Positions 1-8,731 of a DNA stretch of 29,660 bases are shown in pieces (position 1 is the stretch's first letter; every line of letters starts with the position of its first letter). Source of the DNA: an uncultured Acidobacteriota bacterium (GTDB lineage: Bacteria > Actinomycetota > Acidimicrobiia > Spongiisociales > ZC4RG35). The notes beneath the pieces are model-generated. The model searched no databases. It worked only from the letters and a program-made list of their open reading frames with translations, and was not told where the DNA came from. The stretch lies in NCBI GenBank assembly GCA_963828465.1, contig CAWHEU010000008.1, forward strand, positions 1 through 29,660, written 5' to 3'. The position numbers and the translations under genes are program-made.

Positions 1-369
1 GTCCTGGGCACGATCGAGGCCATCCAGCGCGAGCTCTCGATCGACGACACACTGATTCGCCGTTATGACACGGATGAGGCCGACGACGGGCTGCCGGGGG
101 GCGAAGGGGCCTTCCTCCTCTGCTCGTTCTGGATGGTCGATGCGCTCGCGATGGCCGGGAATCACGACGAGGCTCGTCGAAGGTTTGAGCATCTGCTCGG
201 GCTCCGGAACGACGTCGGCCTGCTCTCCGAGCAGTACGACCCGATCTCGCAGAGGATGCTGGGCAATTTCCCGCAGGCGTACAGCCATCTCGGGTTGATC
301 GACTCCGCCTACAACCTGCGGGCTGAGGGCAAGGGCGGCCCTGCTCGGGACCGGGCTTCCGATTCGTGA
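1..369 (+). CDS. Glycoside hydrolase family 15 (glucoamylase/trehalase-like), C-terminal part; 5' end lies outside the window
   Basis: Frame 1 is open from base 1 and reads ...DDGLPGGEGAFLLCSFWMVDAL...NDVGLLSEQYDP...LGNFPQAYSHLGLI, the characteristic GH15 C-terminal motifs. The stop overlaps the next start (GTGA). Confidence 0.93.
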   Translation, partial: VLGTIEAIQRELSIDDTLIRRYDTDEADDGLPGGEGAFLLCSFWMVDALAMAGNHDEARRRFEHLLGLRNDVGLLSEQYDPISQRMLGNFPQAYSHLGLIDSAYNLRAEGKGGPARDRASDS

Positions 370-1463
370 AGGCCATCACCGTGGTCCCGGGGGATCCCGA
401 GTCTCTCCAACTCGATGAGGTGGCCGACCCCGAGCCTGGTCCTCTTGAGCTCCTGGTCGAGATGGTCGTGGCCGGGATCTGCGGTACCGACCACGAGATC
501 CTGGAAGGGGATCTCGGCTACCCAGCACCTGGTCGTGACCGGTTGGTGTTGGGTCATGAAGCCCTGGGCCGAGTGTTAACCGCCCCGCCGGGAAGCGACT
601 TCGCACCGCGAGATCTGGTGGCGCCGATCGTGCGCCGCCCCGACCCGGTCCCGTGCACCAACTGCGCTGCCGGGGAATGGGACATGTGCCGCAACGGCCG
701 TTTCACCGAGGCCGGGATCAGGGGTCTGGACGGCTACACCGCAGAGAAACTGTCGCTTCCTGTCGACTTCGCGGTGAAGGTGAGCTCGGACCTCGGGCAC
801 CTTGGCGTCCTGGTGGAGCCAGCCAGCGTGGTGGCCAAGGCCTGGGAGCACATCATCCATCTCGGGAGTCGCGGACAGTGGGCACCCGAGAGAATGTTGG
901 TGACGGGGGCAGGCCCGATCGGCCTCCTGGCCACTCTCTTCGCTACCCGGCTGGGCGGAGAGGTTCATGTTCTCGACCGGGCCAGCGATGGGCCCAAACC
1001 GGATCTGGTCCGTGACCTGGGGGCGGTGTACCACGAGGACGGCGACTCGATGGGAGAGGACTACGACGTGGTGGTGGAGTGCACCGGGGATGCCAACCTG
1101 ATGGTGGCCGTGGCCGGTGTGACCAAACCCAACGGGATCGTCTGTCTCGCCGGGGTCACCGACGAGGGGCATCAGGTCACCGTGGCCAGCGATATCGCCC
1201 GGGCCATGGTGCTCGAGAACCGAATCGTCTTCGGGACCGTCAACGCCAACCGCAGACACTACGAAGAGGCAGCTCGAATGCTGGCCCGATCTGACCAGTC
1301 CTGGTTGGAACGCGTGGTCAATCGGCGGGTCTCGCTAGAGGACTGGAAGGAGGCTTATACCCCTCAGCCAGACGATGTGAAGACCGTCATCGAATTTCTC
1401 CCCCTGCAGGGGGGAGTACCGGCGCAGCCGGGGAGGGGGGACTTTCCCGATGCCGCGGCGTAA
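366..1463 (+). CDS. Zinc-dependent glucose 1-dehydrogenase (MDR superfamily)
   Basis: GICGTD and GHE catalytic Zn motifs, C-x2-C-x7-C structural Zn site, GAGPIG Rossmann motif, G(T/S)VNANRRH glucose dehydrogenase motif, and coupling to a GH15 gene. The last ~21 aa come from a repeat element and its flank. Confidence 0.9.
   Translation: MKAITVVPGDPESLQLDEVADPEPGPLELLVEMVVAGICGTDHEILEGDLGYPAPGRDRLVLGHEALGRVLTAPPGSDFAPRDLVAPIVRRPDPVPCTNCAAGEWDMCRNGRFTEAGIRGLDGYTAEKLSLPVDFAVKVSSDLGHLGVLVEPASVVAKAWEHIIHLGSRGQWAPERMLVTGAGPIGLLATLFATRLGGEVHVLDRASDGPKPDLVRDLGAVYHEDGDSMGEDYDVVVECTGDANLMVAVAGVTKPNGIVCLAGVTDEGHQVTVASDIARAMVLENRIVFGTVNANRRHYEEAARMLARSDQSWLERVVNRRVSLEDWKEAYTPQPDDVKTVIEFLPLQGGVPAQPGRGDFPDAAA
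1397..1441 (+). repeat. REP-like double-hairpin repeat, copy 1 (inside the 3' end of the dehydrogenase ORF)
   Basis: TCTCCCCCTGCAGGGGGGAGTACCGGCGCAGCCGGGGAGGGGGGA; 43/45 identical to the reverse complement of 10396-10440. Confidence 0.9.
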
Positions 1464-2088
1464 CCGTGTCGACCCCTGGGGCGACCTCCATGCCGTCCCC
1501 GAGCGAGGACTGTTCACCGGCAATCGGGGCTGTCTGGTCGATGATCGGGGCCGTCTCGCCCGCCATCATCGTGGCCCGCTCTGGATCATCTGTCTCCTCG
1601 AGTACCAGGGATGGAGGCACCCACTCGAGCGGGCCAGCACCTGGACACCGCTGTTCTTCCTCGACGATGCGGACGCGTTGGCCGCGGGACACCGTCCTTG
1701 CGGCCTCTGCCGACGCCAGGCCTATTTGGAATACCGGGATGCCGTGACCAGGGCCGATGGATCGAGTACTTCGTTGTCTGCCGGCGACATGAACCGGCGG
1801 TTGGGTCGGGAACGGCTTCACCGCGGCCGCGGCCTCGATCGCGCTCCAGATCGGATGCTGTGGACCGAGACGATCGATCGGCTGCCTGTTGGCACGGTGA
1901 TCGTCGATGAACACCAAGTCCCGAGACTGGTATTGGAGGACCGCTTGCCGCGTTTCACTTTCGGCGGATGGAGCGAGCCAGTCCCGCGACCAAGGGGCGG
2001 TCAAGTCGACGTGCTGACTCCACCGACCTCCGTCGCCGCCCTGGCCAATGGATACAGCCCGATCTTGCACCCGACGGTGTCAGGTTGA
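1450..2088 (+). CDS. Conserved hypothetical protein with NRVDPxG, GNRG and LFFLD...ALAAGHRPCxxCR motifs (putative metal-binding)
   Basis: Protein-like 212-aa ORF that fills the gap between neighbours. The motif pattern matches a widespread uncharacterised family as I recall it. Confidence 0.75.
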   Translation: MPRRNRVDPWGDLHAVPERGLFTGNRGCLVDDRGRLARHHRGPLWIICLLEYQGWRHPLERASTWTPLFFLDDADALAAGHRPCGLCRRQAYLEYRDAVTRADGSSTSLSAGDMNRRLGRERLHRGRGLDRAPDRMLWTETIDRLPVGTVIVDEHQVPRLVLEDRLPRFTFGGWSEPVPRPRGGQVDVLTPPTSVAALANGYSPILHPTVSG

Positions 2089-2104
2089 AGAATCGGACGG
2101 CAAC

Positions 2105-2569
2105 ATGAAGACGCAGCGGTACACCACGGTGGTGACGGCCGATTCCAGAGGTCGGGTGATGGTCCCCGTCCCATTCGACCCCGATCACGTATGGGGCCCG
2201 AAGCCGGAGCACCGTGTCGCGGGCACGGTCAACGGGATGGGCGTGCGGGCCTCGATCGAACCGCTGGACGACGGGTACGGCATCCTCCTTGGACCGGCCT
2301 GGCGCCGTGATTGCGGGATAGCGGCCGGAGACGAAGTGGTCGTAGCCCTTGCCCCCGAAGGGCCGCAGCGGGACGATCTGGCCCCCGACTTCGCCGCCGC
2401 CCTCGAGGCCGAGCCTGAGGCGGGCGCGTTCTTCGATTCCCTGGCCCAGTTCTATCGCAAGGCCTACCTGCGATGGATCGACTCCACCAAGCGCAGCCCC
2501 GAGATGAGGGCTGCCCGCATCGCCGAGACCGTTGAGTTGTTGAAGGCTGGGATCAAGCAACGACCTTGA
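2105..2569 (+). CDS. YdeI/OmpD-associated family protein (DUF1905-like plus OmdA domain)
   Basis: N-terminal VPFDP...VAGTVNG beta domain, then DFAAALEAEPEAGAFFDSLAQFYRKAYLRWIDSTKRSPEMRAARI, which is typical of OmdA/YdeI. Start taken at ATG 2105 to avoid overlap with the upstream gene. Confidence 0.85.
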   Translation: MKTQRYTTVVTADSRGRVMVPVPFDPDHVWGPKPEHRVAGTVNGMGVRASIEPLDDGYGILLGPAWRRDCGIAAGDEVVVALAPEGPQRDDLAPDFAAALEAEPEAGAFFDSLAQFYRKAYLRWIDSTKRSPEMRAARIAETVELLKAGIKQRP

Positions 2570-2633
2570 AGGTCGGACATCGAAAATCCACCTCGGATAA
2601 ACGGGTTGGGACAGATACCGTCTGACCCTGCCC

Positions 2634-4376
2634 ATGACTGCCTCGTCACCGTCTTATCGCGCCACGCTGTCGACCTACCTCCGCCCGCACCGGGGTCGAG
2701 TCGTCGTGCTCATGCTGCTCCTATTGGGCTCGATCGGCCTCCAGCTGGTCATCCCCCTCATCCTGCGCGATTTCATCGACTCTGCGATGGCGGGGTCGGC
2801 CGTTGCAAGTTTGACCACCGCCGGCATCGCCTACCTGATCGCCGGGATCCTCAACCAGTTGCTCGACGCCGGGGCCTCCTACCTGGGCACAGACATCGGC
2901 TGGAGCGCCACCAACCGTCTACGTGAGGAGCTGACCTCACATCTGTTCTCCCTCGACATGGGGTTCCACAACGACACCACCCCAGGGGAGATGATCGAAC
3001 GCGTCGACGGGGATGTCACCGCCATCTCGGAGTTCATCTCCCGTTTCCTGGTGAGGTTGATCGCTGCCGGAGTCCTGCTCACGGGGGTCGTCATCGTCTG
3101 TTGGTTCGAATCGCCGGCGATGGGCCTGACCATCACGCTCTACGTCGTCGCGGTGCTCCTCTTCCTCATCCGCCTGCGAAAGGTGGCGGTCGCCGCCGCC
3201 GAGGAAGAACGGGAGACCTCGGCCCGTCTCTACGGGTTCATCGAGGAACGCCTGGCCGGGGTCGACGACATTCGCTCCCTCGGAGCCGGCCGGTTCACGA
3301 TGACCCGTTTCATCCCGGTCATGCGGGACTTCTACACACGCACCACTAACGCCTGGCGCAAGCGAATCGTCGTCTGGGTCTCGGCCAACACAGCTTTCTG
3401 GGCCGGAGATGCGCTGGCTCTGATCGTCGGCGTGTGGCTCACCATTCGCGGCTCGATCACGGTTGGGACCGCGTTCCTCATTCTCCAATATGTGCAGCTG
3501 GTTCGGAGGCCCATCGAGCAGATGACCCAGGAGCTACAGGAGCTGCAGAAGGCGGCAGGTGGCATCGTGCGGATCGACCAGTTGCGCCACCTCGGCTCCT
3601 CGATCGCCAACGGTTCTGAGGTCGTGCCCGCCGGGCCACTGGCAATCGAGTTCGACGACGTTTCTTTCTCATACGAGGACCGCGGTGTCCTCGAGGAGAT
3701 CAGCTTCACCCTGGCCCCGGGCAAATCGCTCGGGCTCTTGGGTCGGACTGGAGGGGGCAAGACCACCATCACCCGTCTCATCGCCCGGCTCTACGACCCC
3801 GATCGCGGTGTGGTGAGAGTAGGCGGCCACGATCTACGGACCGTCCACTCCGAATCACTGCGCCGGTCGGTAGGGGTGGTCACCCAGGACGTACAACTGT
3901 TTCAGGCGAGCGTCAGGGACAACCTCACCTTCTTCGCCGAGCGGCCGGATGAAGAGATCCTTGCCGTCCTGGAGCGTGTGGGTCTCGGACCGTGGATCGA
4001 GAAGCTCGGGCTGGACACCAGGCTCGGGGCGGGTGGTCAGGGTCTCTCCGCAGGAGAGCAGCAGCTCCTCGCCTTCGCCCGTGTGTTCCTGCAGGACCCC
4101 GGAGTGGTCATCCTCGACGAGCCTTCGTCGCGGCTCGACCCAGTCACCGAGATGCTCCTGGCCACAGCGACGGAGAGGCTCTACGCCGGTCGAACGGTGG
4201 TGATCATCGCCCACCGTCTCGAGACCGTGCGCACGGCGGACGAGATCATGGTGGTGGACGCAGGCCGAATCGTGGAGCACGGCCCGAGACAGACGCTTGC
4301 CGCCGACCCGAGCACCCGATACGCCGCACTTCTCGCCACCGGACGGGGTGAAATCCTGGGAGACACCCGACCATGA
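2634..4376 (+). CDS. ABC exporter, fused permease/ATP-binding subunit 1
   Basis: N-terminal TM domain, Walker A GRTGGGKT, signature LSAGEQQ, Walker B VVILDEP, H-loop IAHR. Confidence 0.95.
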   Translation: MTASSPSYRATLSTYLRPHRGRVVVLMLLLLGSIGLQLVIPLILRDFIDSAMAGSAVASLTTAGIAYLIAGILNQLLDAGASYLGTDIGWSATNRLREELTSHLFSLDMGFHNDTTPGEMIERVDGDVTAISEFISRFLVRLIAAGVLLTGVVIVCWFESPAMGLTITLYVVAVLLFLIRLRKVAVAAAEEERETSARLYGFIEERLAGVDDIRSLGAGRFTMTRFIPVMRDFYTRTTNAWRKRIVVWVSANTAFWAGDALALIVGVWLTIRGSITVGTAFLILQYVQLVRRPIEQMTQELQELQKAAGGIVRIDQLRHLGSSIANGSEVVPAGPLAIEFDDVSFSYEDRGVLEEISFTLAPGKSLGLLGRTGGGKTTITRLIARLYDPDRGVVRVGGHDLRTVHSESLRRSVGVVTQDVQLFQASVRDNLTFFAERPDEEILAVLERVGLGPWIEKLGLDTRLGAGGQGLSAGEQQLLAFARVFLQDPGVVILDEPSSRLDPVTEMLLATATERLYAGRTVVIIAHRLETVRTADEIMVVDAGRIVEHGPRQTLAADPSTRYAALLATGRGEILGDTRP

Positions 4377-6130
4377 GCACCCTGCGCCTCGTCTGGGAGG
4401 TGATCCGCTACCGGCCTGGTAGGTGGTTCTTCTGCTTCGTCATGTGGACCTTCGTCCATGGGCTTCCGTTGCTGTTCGGGATCTTGATCGGTCTCGTGTT
4501 CGAAAGACTGTCCCAAGGAAGCCCGGTCGACGAGACCGCCTGGGCGCCCGCCATCGTCTTCGGTGTCCTCGCGATCGGTCGAAACGTCATCATCTGGCTC
4601 GGTGACCGGCAATGGATCAACCACTGGATCGAGCAGTCACTCCAACTTCGACGCAACCTGCTCCGCTGGCTGATGGAGGCACCTGGCTCGCGTGTCATCC
4701 CACTGGCCCCAGGCCAGGCTGTGAGCACTTTCCGCGATGACGTCGACGACGTCCTCGAGTACATGGAGAACTGGGTGGACATGGGTGGTCTGGTCGTCTT
4801 CGGAGTGGGAGCCGTGGCCGTGATGGCTTCCATCGATGCCGGTTTGACCGCCATCCTCCTCATCCCGCTGGTCCTGACGATGATCCTCACCCAGGCCATG
4901 AGCCCGCAGATCCGGAAGCGAAGGAGGGCGATGAGGGAGGCCACCGACCAGGTGACCGGCTTCATCGGCGAGACGTTCTCCGGTGTCCAGTCCATCAAGC
5001 TGGGCGCGGCCGAGCGGCCAGTGCTGGATCGCCTTCACGGTCTGAACGAGACCAGGCACAAAGCGGCTCTCTCCGACACGGTCCTCACCGAGATCCTGCG
5101 TGGCATCAACCGCAACATGTCGACCATCACGGTCGCCATCGTGCTGATCGTCGCCGCCGACTCGATCAGCGATGGGAGCTTCAGCATCGGTGAGCTGGCC
5201 CTGTTCCTCACCTATCTGCCCAGGCTGACCGACTACATGTCGTTCGTCGGCGACATCATCGCCCAGCATCGCCGGACTGGGGTCGCCTACGAGCGAATGC
5301 GCGCCCTTGCCGTGGACGCGCCCGACGATGAGCTGCTCGACCGCCAACGGGTGTCCCTGGAAGGCGACATCCCGGACATAGAGCTCCCCGACATCGGCAT
5401 CGACCCGCTGCAACGGCTAGAGATCCGAGGCCTCAGCCATTGGTTTCCGGACGGTGGGGAGGGACTCGAGGGCGTCGACTTCGATGTCGAGCGGGGCTCC
5501 TTCACCGTCGTTACCGGCAAGATCGGTTCCGGCAAGAGCACCCTCGTTCGCGCATTGCTCGGTTTGGTCCCGGCCGACGGCGATGTGCTCTGGAATGGGA
5601 AGCCGGTCGAGGACCCGGCCTCGTTCTTCGTCCCTCCCCGGTCCGCCTACACCGCCCAGGTTCCCCGCCTCTTCTCAGAGTCTCTGGCCGACAACATCGC
5701 CCTCGGGCAGAGAGTCGCCCGTGAAAGGCTCCGAGAAGCGGTGCAACTCGCGGTGCTCGACCCCGATCTGGAACGCCTGGAAGCGGGTGAGCAGACGATG
5801 GTCGGTGCCAGGGGCGTGAAACTGTCCGGGGGCCAGGTACAGCGCTCGGCGGCCGCCCGAATGCTGGCCACGGAAGCCGAGTTGCTCGTGTTCGACGACC
5901 TGTCTTCGGCTCTGGACGTGCACACCGAGACGGAGTTGTGGCAGCGCCTGCTGACCAAGCGTGACGTGACCTGTCTGGTCGTCTCGCATCGCCGCGCCGC
6001 GCTCTCGCGGGCGGATCAGATCCTGCTCATGGACGGGGGGAAGATCGTGGATCGCGGAGCCCTACCCGACCTGTTGAAGCGATCGGAGCTGATGCGCTCT
6101 CTCTGGGCCGAGGAAGGAGAAGCGGCCTAG
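4373..6130 (+). CDS. ABC exporter, fused permease/ATP-binding subunit 2 (degenerate Walker B)
   Basis: TM domain, Walker A GKIGSGKS, LSGGQ, Walker B LLVFDDL, VSHR. ATGA overlap with subunit 1. Confidence 0.95.
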   Translation: MSTLRLVWEVIRYRPGRWFFCFVMWTFVHGLPLLFGILIGLVFERLSQGSPVDETAWAPAIVFGVLAIGRNVIIWLGDRQWINHWIEQSLQLRRNLLRWLMEAPGSRVIPLAPGQAVSTFRDDVDDVLEYMENWVDMGGLVVFGVGAVAVMASIDAGLTAILLIPLVLTMILTQAMSPQIRKRRRAMREATDQVTGFIGETFSGVQSIKLGAAERPVLDRLHGLNETRHKAALSDTVLTEILRGINRNMSTITVAIVLIVAADSISDGSFSIGELALFLTYLPRLTDYMSFVGDIIAQHRRTGVAYERMRALAVDAPDDELLDRQRVSLEGDIPDIELPDIGIDPLQRLEIRGLSHWFPDGGEGLEGVDFDVERGSFTVVTGKIGSGKSTLVRALLGLVPADGDVLWNGKPVEDPASFFVPPRSAYTAQVPRLFSESLADNIALGQRVARERLREAVQLAVLDPDLERLEAGEQTMVGARGVKLSGGQVQRSAAARMLATEAELLVFDDLSSALDVHTETELWQRLLTKRDVTCLVVSHRRAALSRADQILLMDGGKIVDRGALPDLLKRSELMRSLWAEEGEAA

Positions 6131-6975
6131 CCCGCGTACTCCCGCACCGGCAGACCTGTGACGCCGGGCATGGCGGTGAACAGGGAGCCGGCCAGCGGAT
6201 CGTCGTCGGGCTCTAGATTCTCCCGTGACGTCGTGATGTAGAGCCGGTCGAGATCGGGCCCGCCAAACGTGCAGGCGGTCACCTGCCTCGCCTCGACTTC
6301 GATGATCTCGTCCAGCTCACCATCGGTGCCGTAGCGATGCACAGCGTTGCCGCCGAACAGGGCCACCCAGATCCCACCTTCGGAATCGACAACCAGACCG
6401 TCCGGCCCACCCCCATCGGGGTCGAACTCGACGAACGTCCTCCTCCCGGTCAACCCACCGTCTGTGTCGTAGTCGAACATCGACACCTCGAAAGTCATGG
6501 TGTCGATGTAGTAGGCAACCGAGTTGTCAGGGCTCCAGTCGAGGCCATTTGAGATCGTGACGCCCTCGAGGACCACCGTGACCTCGCCAGTTGGATCCAG
6601 GCGATACAACGAGCCACCGCCCGGACGCTTGTCGTATGCCATCGTGCCGCAGTAGAACCGACCGTCGGGATCGCAGCCCCCTTCGTTCATGCGGACATCG
6701 CCACCGCTCCAAAGATCGCCGAGGCCGGTGATGGTCCCGTCGGGATGCTCGAGGGCGAACCCGCGCTCGATCCCGAGAATTGCTCCACCCCCGCGACGGG
6801 GCCGGACGATCGCGGCGATGTCATCGATGTGACGTCGTTGGATCGAGCCATCGGGATCGAGGGACATGACGTCGCCGTCGAGCATGTCGACCCAGCGCAA
6901 CCCACCCCAGGCCTCGGACCACACCGGCCCTTCGCCGTGATAACAGATGGGGTCGGTGAGCTTCTCCGCTTTCAT
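6127..6975 (-). CDS. SMP-30/gluconolactonase/LRE family protein
   Basis: HGEGPVW, RMNEGGCDPDGRFYCGTM, ISNGLDWSPD, PDGLVVDSEGGIWVA and TACTFGGPDL motifs. Confidence 0.93.
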   Translation of the reverse strand: MKAEKLTDPICYHGEGPVWSEAWGGLRWVDMLDGDVMSLDPDGSIQRRHIDDIAAIVRPRRGGGAILGIERGFALEHPDGTITGLGDLWSGGDVRMNEGGCDPDGRFYCGTMAYDKRPGGGSLYRLDPTGEVTVVLEGVTISNGLDWSPDNSVAYYIDTMTFEVSMFDYDTDGGLTGRRTFVEFDPDGGGPDGLVVDSEGGIWVALFGGNAVHRYGTDGELDEIIEVEARQVTACTFGGPDLDRLYITTSRENLEPDDDPLAGSLFTAMPGVTGLPVREYAG

Positions 6976-6982
6976 GAGAGAC

Positions 6983-7561
6983 CTAGACCGCTACCGCTGG
7001 TGGTGGGGTGGGCGCCGGGCCCCCACCGGTGAAGGCGGCGATGAGCCGCATGAATCCGATCACGATCATCCACACGCCGGCCACGATCGCGACAGCGAAC
7101 AAGGTGATCTCCGGCCAGGTGATGGCGATGATGCCGGCACCTATCGACGCCAAGCCGGACACCAGCTCCCAGCCCCAGCCCGAGCGCCGATCGACGACGG
7201 ACCCGATCGACTCGATCAGGCCACCGACCACCCAGAACAGCGAGATGACGACCAACAGAGCTGGAAGGTTTCGCACGGGCCGGAGGAAAAGCGCCGTGCC
7301 GGCGATCAAGGCCAAGACTCCGAGGACGACGGCCAGAACACGACCTTCGCCGGTCCGGAACGCATTGACGACCAACAGGATCCCCCAGACCAGGATGTTG
7401 ACGCCGAGGAGGATGACAAGGAACAGGATGGTCAGCTCCGGCCAGACGAGGGCGAGGACCCCGGCCATGATCGAGATGATCCCAAACAGAATGAGGGCCC
7501 ATCTCGGCCAGCCCAGCGAGTAGGCGGCGGATTGCGTGGTCATCTGCAGCTCCGAGTCCAC
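6983..7561 (-). CDS. HdeD/DUF308 family membrane protein
   Basis: Repeated hydrophobic units (GIISIMAGVLALVWP; GLASIGAGIIAITWP). The start is GTG 7561 (TAGCTT 8 nt upstream) or ATG 7543 (GGAG upstream). Confidence 0.85.
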   Translation of the reverse strand: MDSELQMTTQSAAYSLGWPRWALILFGIISIMAGVLALVWPELTILFLVILLGVNILVWGILLVVNAFRTGEGRVLAVVLGVLALIAGTALFLRPVRNLPALLVVISLFWVVGGLIESIGSVVDRRSGWGWELVSGLASIGAGIIAITWPEITLFAVAIVAGVWMIVIGFMRLIAAFTGGGPAPTPPPAVAV

Positions 7562-7645
7562 TTGCGAGGAAGCTAGCTACGAGTAAAGAGGGGACGCCGG
7601 ATCAGGGGAGATAGCATCGGCAGACTTCGAACAAGGAGCGAGCCG

Positions 7646-8047
7646 ATGCTCGACGAAGTCACTCTGCAGGAAGCCCTCGAACGCCACTGGGAGTACTCGG
7701 GCAAGGACGAAGACATCTCCCACGAGATCTACCACGACGATGCAGTCCTCGATTTTCCACAGTCAGGTGAGCGTTTCGAAGGAGTCGAGAACTTCAGGGA
7801 ATGGCGCCGCCAGTATCCGGCGCACGTCGAATTTCGAATCCGCCGAATCAGGCACGATGGCGACCTGGTCGTTGCTGAGAACCTGATCAGCTACGACGGT
7901 GCGCCGTGGATGTTCGCGGTGAACATCATGGAGTTCCGCGGTGACAAGGTTGCACACGAGCGCATCTACATCATGGACGGCTGGGAAGCGGCCGAGTGGC
8001 GTGCACCGTGGCGATCAGAGACTCCTGCCGACCCTCCGGTGACCTGA
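7646..8047 (+). CDS. SnoaL-like / NTF2 family protein
   Basis: YHDDAVLDFPQSGERFEG...EFRGDKVAHERIY...AAEWRAPW; AAGGAG RBS upstream. Confidence 0.88.
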   Translation: MLDEVTLQEALERHWEYSGKDEDISHEIYHDDAVLDFPQSGERFEGVENFREWRRQYPAHVEFRIRRIRHDGDLVVAENLISYDGAPWMFAVNIMEFRGDKVAHERIYIMDGWEAAEWRAPWRSETPADPPVT

Positions 8048-8065
8048 CCGCTCATCGATCTGTGA

Positions 8066-8698
8066 TCAGGCAAGCCGCTCGCCCAGGAAGGCGAGTGTCC
8101 GCCCCCATGCCTCGTCGAAGGCGGCGGGATCGAAAGTGTCACCATCGGGCTCGGCGAACCCGTGACGGGTGCCCGGGTATTCATCGACCTCGACCTCGAG
8201 GTTCTCGAGACGCATCGTCGCCTCCATGAAGGCGGCTTCATCGTCCGACACGTACTCGTCATCCTCGGCGAGGTGGATCAGGTAGGCGGCCTTGGACCCG
8301 GCGAAGTCGATTTGTTGGCTGCCGTAGAAGGAGACCCCCGCAGTGACCAGGTCGGCGAGACGCACCGATGCCCAGAGGGCGAGAGACCCGCCCATGCCAA
8401 AACCCACGATCCCGATCGGGCCCTCGGTTGACTTCTCATGAAGGAGCTTGGCCGAAGATAGGACCAGCGAGGCAAGCCGGTTGGGGTCGGCCTTGCCCAG
8501 ATGGTCGAGGGCCTCCTGCTCAGAGGCGGGCAGCTCGCCGAAGTTGATGTCCGGGGCAAGGACCGTGTAGCCATGATCAGCGAGGTCGTCGCACAGGCTC
8601 TTCACTGATGGCGTCAGGCCCCAAAACGAATGGAGGACCATGACTCCGGGTCCTGGACCTGAGTCACCGGAGATGAAGTAGGCGAGGTCCCGTACCAC
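8066..8698 (-). CDS. Dienelactone hydrolase family protein with the nucleophile replaced by Gly
   Basis: GVMVLHSFWGL, GYTVLAPD, GFGMGG in place of GFCxGG, YPGTRHGF, AWGRTLAFL. Confidence 0.88.
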   Translation of the reverse strand: MVRDLAYFISGDSGPGPGVMVLHSFWGLTPSVKSLCDDLADHGYTVLAPDINFGELPASEQEALDHLGKADPNRLASLVLSSAKLLHEKSTEGPIGIVGFGMGGSLALWASVRLADLVTAGVSFYGSQQIDFAGSKAAYLIHLAEDDEYVSDDEAAFMEATMRLENLEVEVDEYPGTRHGFAEPDGDTFDPAAFDEAWGRTLAFLGERLA

Positions 8699-8704
8699 CT
8701 CGCG

Positions 8705-8723
8705 AACCTACCGGGCCTACGCT
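8705..8723. promoter_or_regulatory. Back-to-back -10 elements for two divergent, probably leaderless genes
   Basis: Minus-strand TAGGTT (8710-8705) is 6 nt before GTG 8698; plus-strand TACGCT (8718-8723) is 8 nt before ATG 8732. Confidence 0.55.
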
Positions 8724-8731
8724 GGTAGGAG

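Noticed and set aside
6947-7576. Asp/His-rich plus-strand ORF and similar long antisense or off-frame ORFs (e.g. 9580..10521, 14377..15399, 18103..19014, 27925..28845)
   Set aside because: These are shadow ORFs expected in high-GC DNA, lying on or opposite genes with clear family motifs.
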